From Catajapyx aquilonaris (taxonomy: Eukaryota), in assembly GCA_000934665.2 (NCBI GenBank), contig KZ538414.1, positions 1 through 64,000 on the forward strand: a stretch of 64,000 nucleotides of DNA, written 5' to 3'. Below the pieces are notes generated by a model that was given only the letters and a program-made list of their open reading frames with translations, made no database searches and was not told the origin of the DNA. Every line of letters begins with the position of its first letter. Positions within the stretch are counted from its first letter, which is position 1. Position numbers and translations under genes: made by a program. This document shows positions 62,704-64,000 of the stretch, in pieces.

Positions 62704-63636
62704 TCACACCGACCTCAGGTTGGGGCTGTACCGAAAGAGCGGGTCTGCTGCGGCTGCGGCTGCGGCGGCTGCTGCTGCTGCGGTGGCCACGGCCGCGGAG
62801 GTGGTGGTGGCCGCGGATGTGACCACCGGGTACAGGCCGAGATGGGGCTTGAAGGGCTGGAGGGCGGGCAGCGGGGCAGGTCTCAGCACCATGGGCTCGG
62901 TGGTCATCAGGGGCAATGGCGGCAGGTACGTGGGCATCGGGGAGGCCAATGGGCCCAGGATAGCTGCGGCGGCTGCTGCGGCTGCCGCGGCCGGACACGA
63001 GAAGTGGTTCTGGTAGCACAGGGACGAGGCGTAGATGGCCGAGCTGGTAGTGGCCGGTGGTAATGGTGATGGCCGGACCACGGGCGGATCGCTCCCGATC
63101 AGGCTCTCAATGGTGAAGGGCTTCTTCGGCGGCCGTACCGGGGGTTCGGTCGGGGCAGGAGCCGGGGCAGGCGGCGGCGGCGGTGGTGGCTGCGGCGCCG
63201 GATCTGAGAACCCGCTGCCCCCAGCATCGCCCCCGACGAAGACATGGCTGAGACCGGCCAACGCGGCCAGTTCGGACTCCAGCCGGTCCTTGTCCGACTT
63301 GGGCAACTTGAACCTCTTTCGTCTCCGTAGCAGACTCCCGTTCTCGAACATGTTGAGTGCCGCTGGGTGAAGTGACCAGTACGCACCCTTACCAGGCCGG
63401 TCAGGTCTTCGAGGGATCTTGATGAAACAGTCGTTGAAGGACAGGTTGTGCCGTAATGAGTTCTGCCAACGTTGGGTGTTCTTCCGGTAGTATGGGAAGT
63501 TGTCCATGATGAACTTGTAGATTTCGGACAACGGCAACATCTTCTCGGGGCTGTTCCAGATGGCCATGGCGGTCAGGGCGATGTATGAGTATGGGGGCTT
63601 CTGGTCGCCGTAGCTCTCCCGACTTGGGCGAGGCAT
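62704..63636 (-). CDS. FoxB: FoxB-class forkhead transcription factor (fd96Ca/fd96Cb-like), intronless, 310 aa
   Basis: ATG at 63636 gives the FoxB-typical N-terminus [20 protein letters not shown] complete forkhead domain follows (…[31 protein letters not shown]…[11 protein letters not shown]), then an eh1 motif FTIESLI, poly-Pro and poly-Ala tracts. TGA at 62706-62704. The region is GC-rich against an AT-rich background. Confidence 0.95.
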   Translation of the reverse strand: MPRPSRESYGDQKPPYSYIALTAMAIWNSPEKMLPLSEIYKFIMDNFPYYRKNTQRWQNSLRHNLSFNDCFIKIPRRPDRPGKGAYWSLHPAALNMFENGSLLRRRKRFKLPKSDKDRLESELAALAGLSHVFVGGDAGGSGFSDPAPQPPPPPPPAPAPAPTEPPVRPPKKPFTIESLIGSDPPVVRPSPLPPATTSSAIYASSLCYQNHFSCPAAAAAAAAAAILGPLASPMPTYLPPLPLMTTEPMVLRPAPLPALQPFKPHLGLYPVVTSAATTTSAAVATAAAAAAAAAAAADPLFRYSPNLRSV

Positions 63637-64000
63637 TGCACTACCGGTACTAAGCACACATCGTCCGCACAGTCTCGCCTCGTCTACTGGACTGTCCTAA
63701 AAAGTCAGCTACCACCCGGGGGAGGCCTTATGCTCCCAACTTGCCCCACCCTGTAGTACACCGAAAGCTCCACCTTCGAGAGCCCATTGGACTCACAGGC
63801 GTATCAGACCATGAGCCAATGGTATGCCTTCTGGTATTATACAGACAACACCCTCAAGATAGTAGATGGGTGGAGCTACGACATGGAATAGGGTCCACGT
63901 TGTCATGTTTGCAAATAAATAGTCACGGATAGTTGACCAATATGTTATGCTTTTAAGTTATAGTGGAAAGATTTTGAGATTAAAAATAATTGGATGAAAT

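Noticed and set aside
62660..63386. Overlapping and antisense ORFs within FoxB
   Set aside because: They are an expected by-product of GC-rich coding sequence.
63637..63657. 7-codon N-terminal extension of FoxB (MLSTGSA) in the ORF track
   Set aside because: It relies on a non-ATG start. The family-typical MPRP start is the ATG at 63636.

Overview
This is eukaryotic (animal, probably arthropod) genomic DNA, not prokaryotic. The only protein-coding gene I can support is an intronless FoxB-class forkhead transcription factor on the minus strand (63636->62704). The preceding ~62 kb is a gene desert 3' of that gene, densely filled with non-autonomous mobile DNA. It holds about 10 copies of a tRNA-derived SINE with interchangeable 3' tails and 5 copies of a second retroposon sharing that tail. 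It also holds one V-domain-like SINE, many TA-, TTAA- and 8-bp-TSD MITEs (several nested), a decayed Tc1-like transposase and many minisatellites. Almost all other ORFs in the six-frame track are noise from these repeats. The most interesting structures are: (i) a retroposon 3' RNA module whose stem is conserved by pairing rather than sequence; (ii) an hAT-type MITE shell with variable cargo and an in-window empty site; (iii) a four-level nested insertion next to a SINE converted into a fold-back hairpin array. I found no convincing novel multi-gene system. All coordinates were read by eye and family names are from memory, not database searches.
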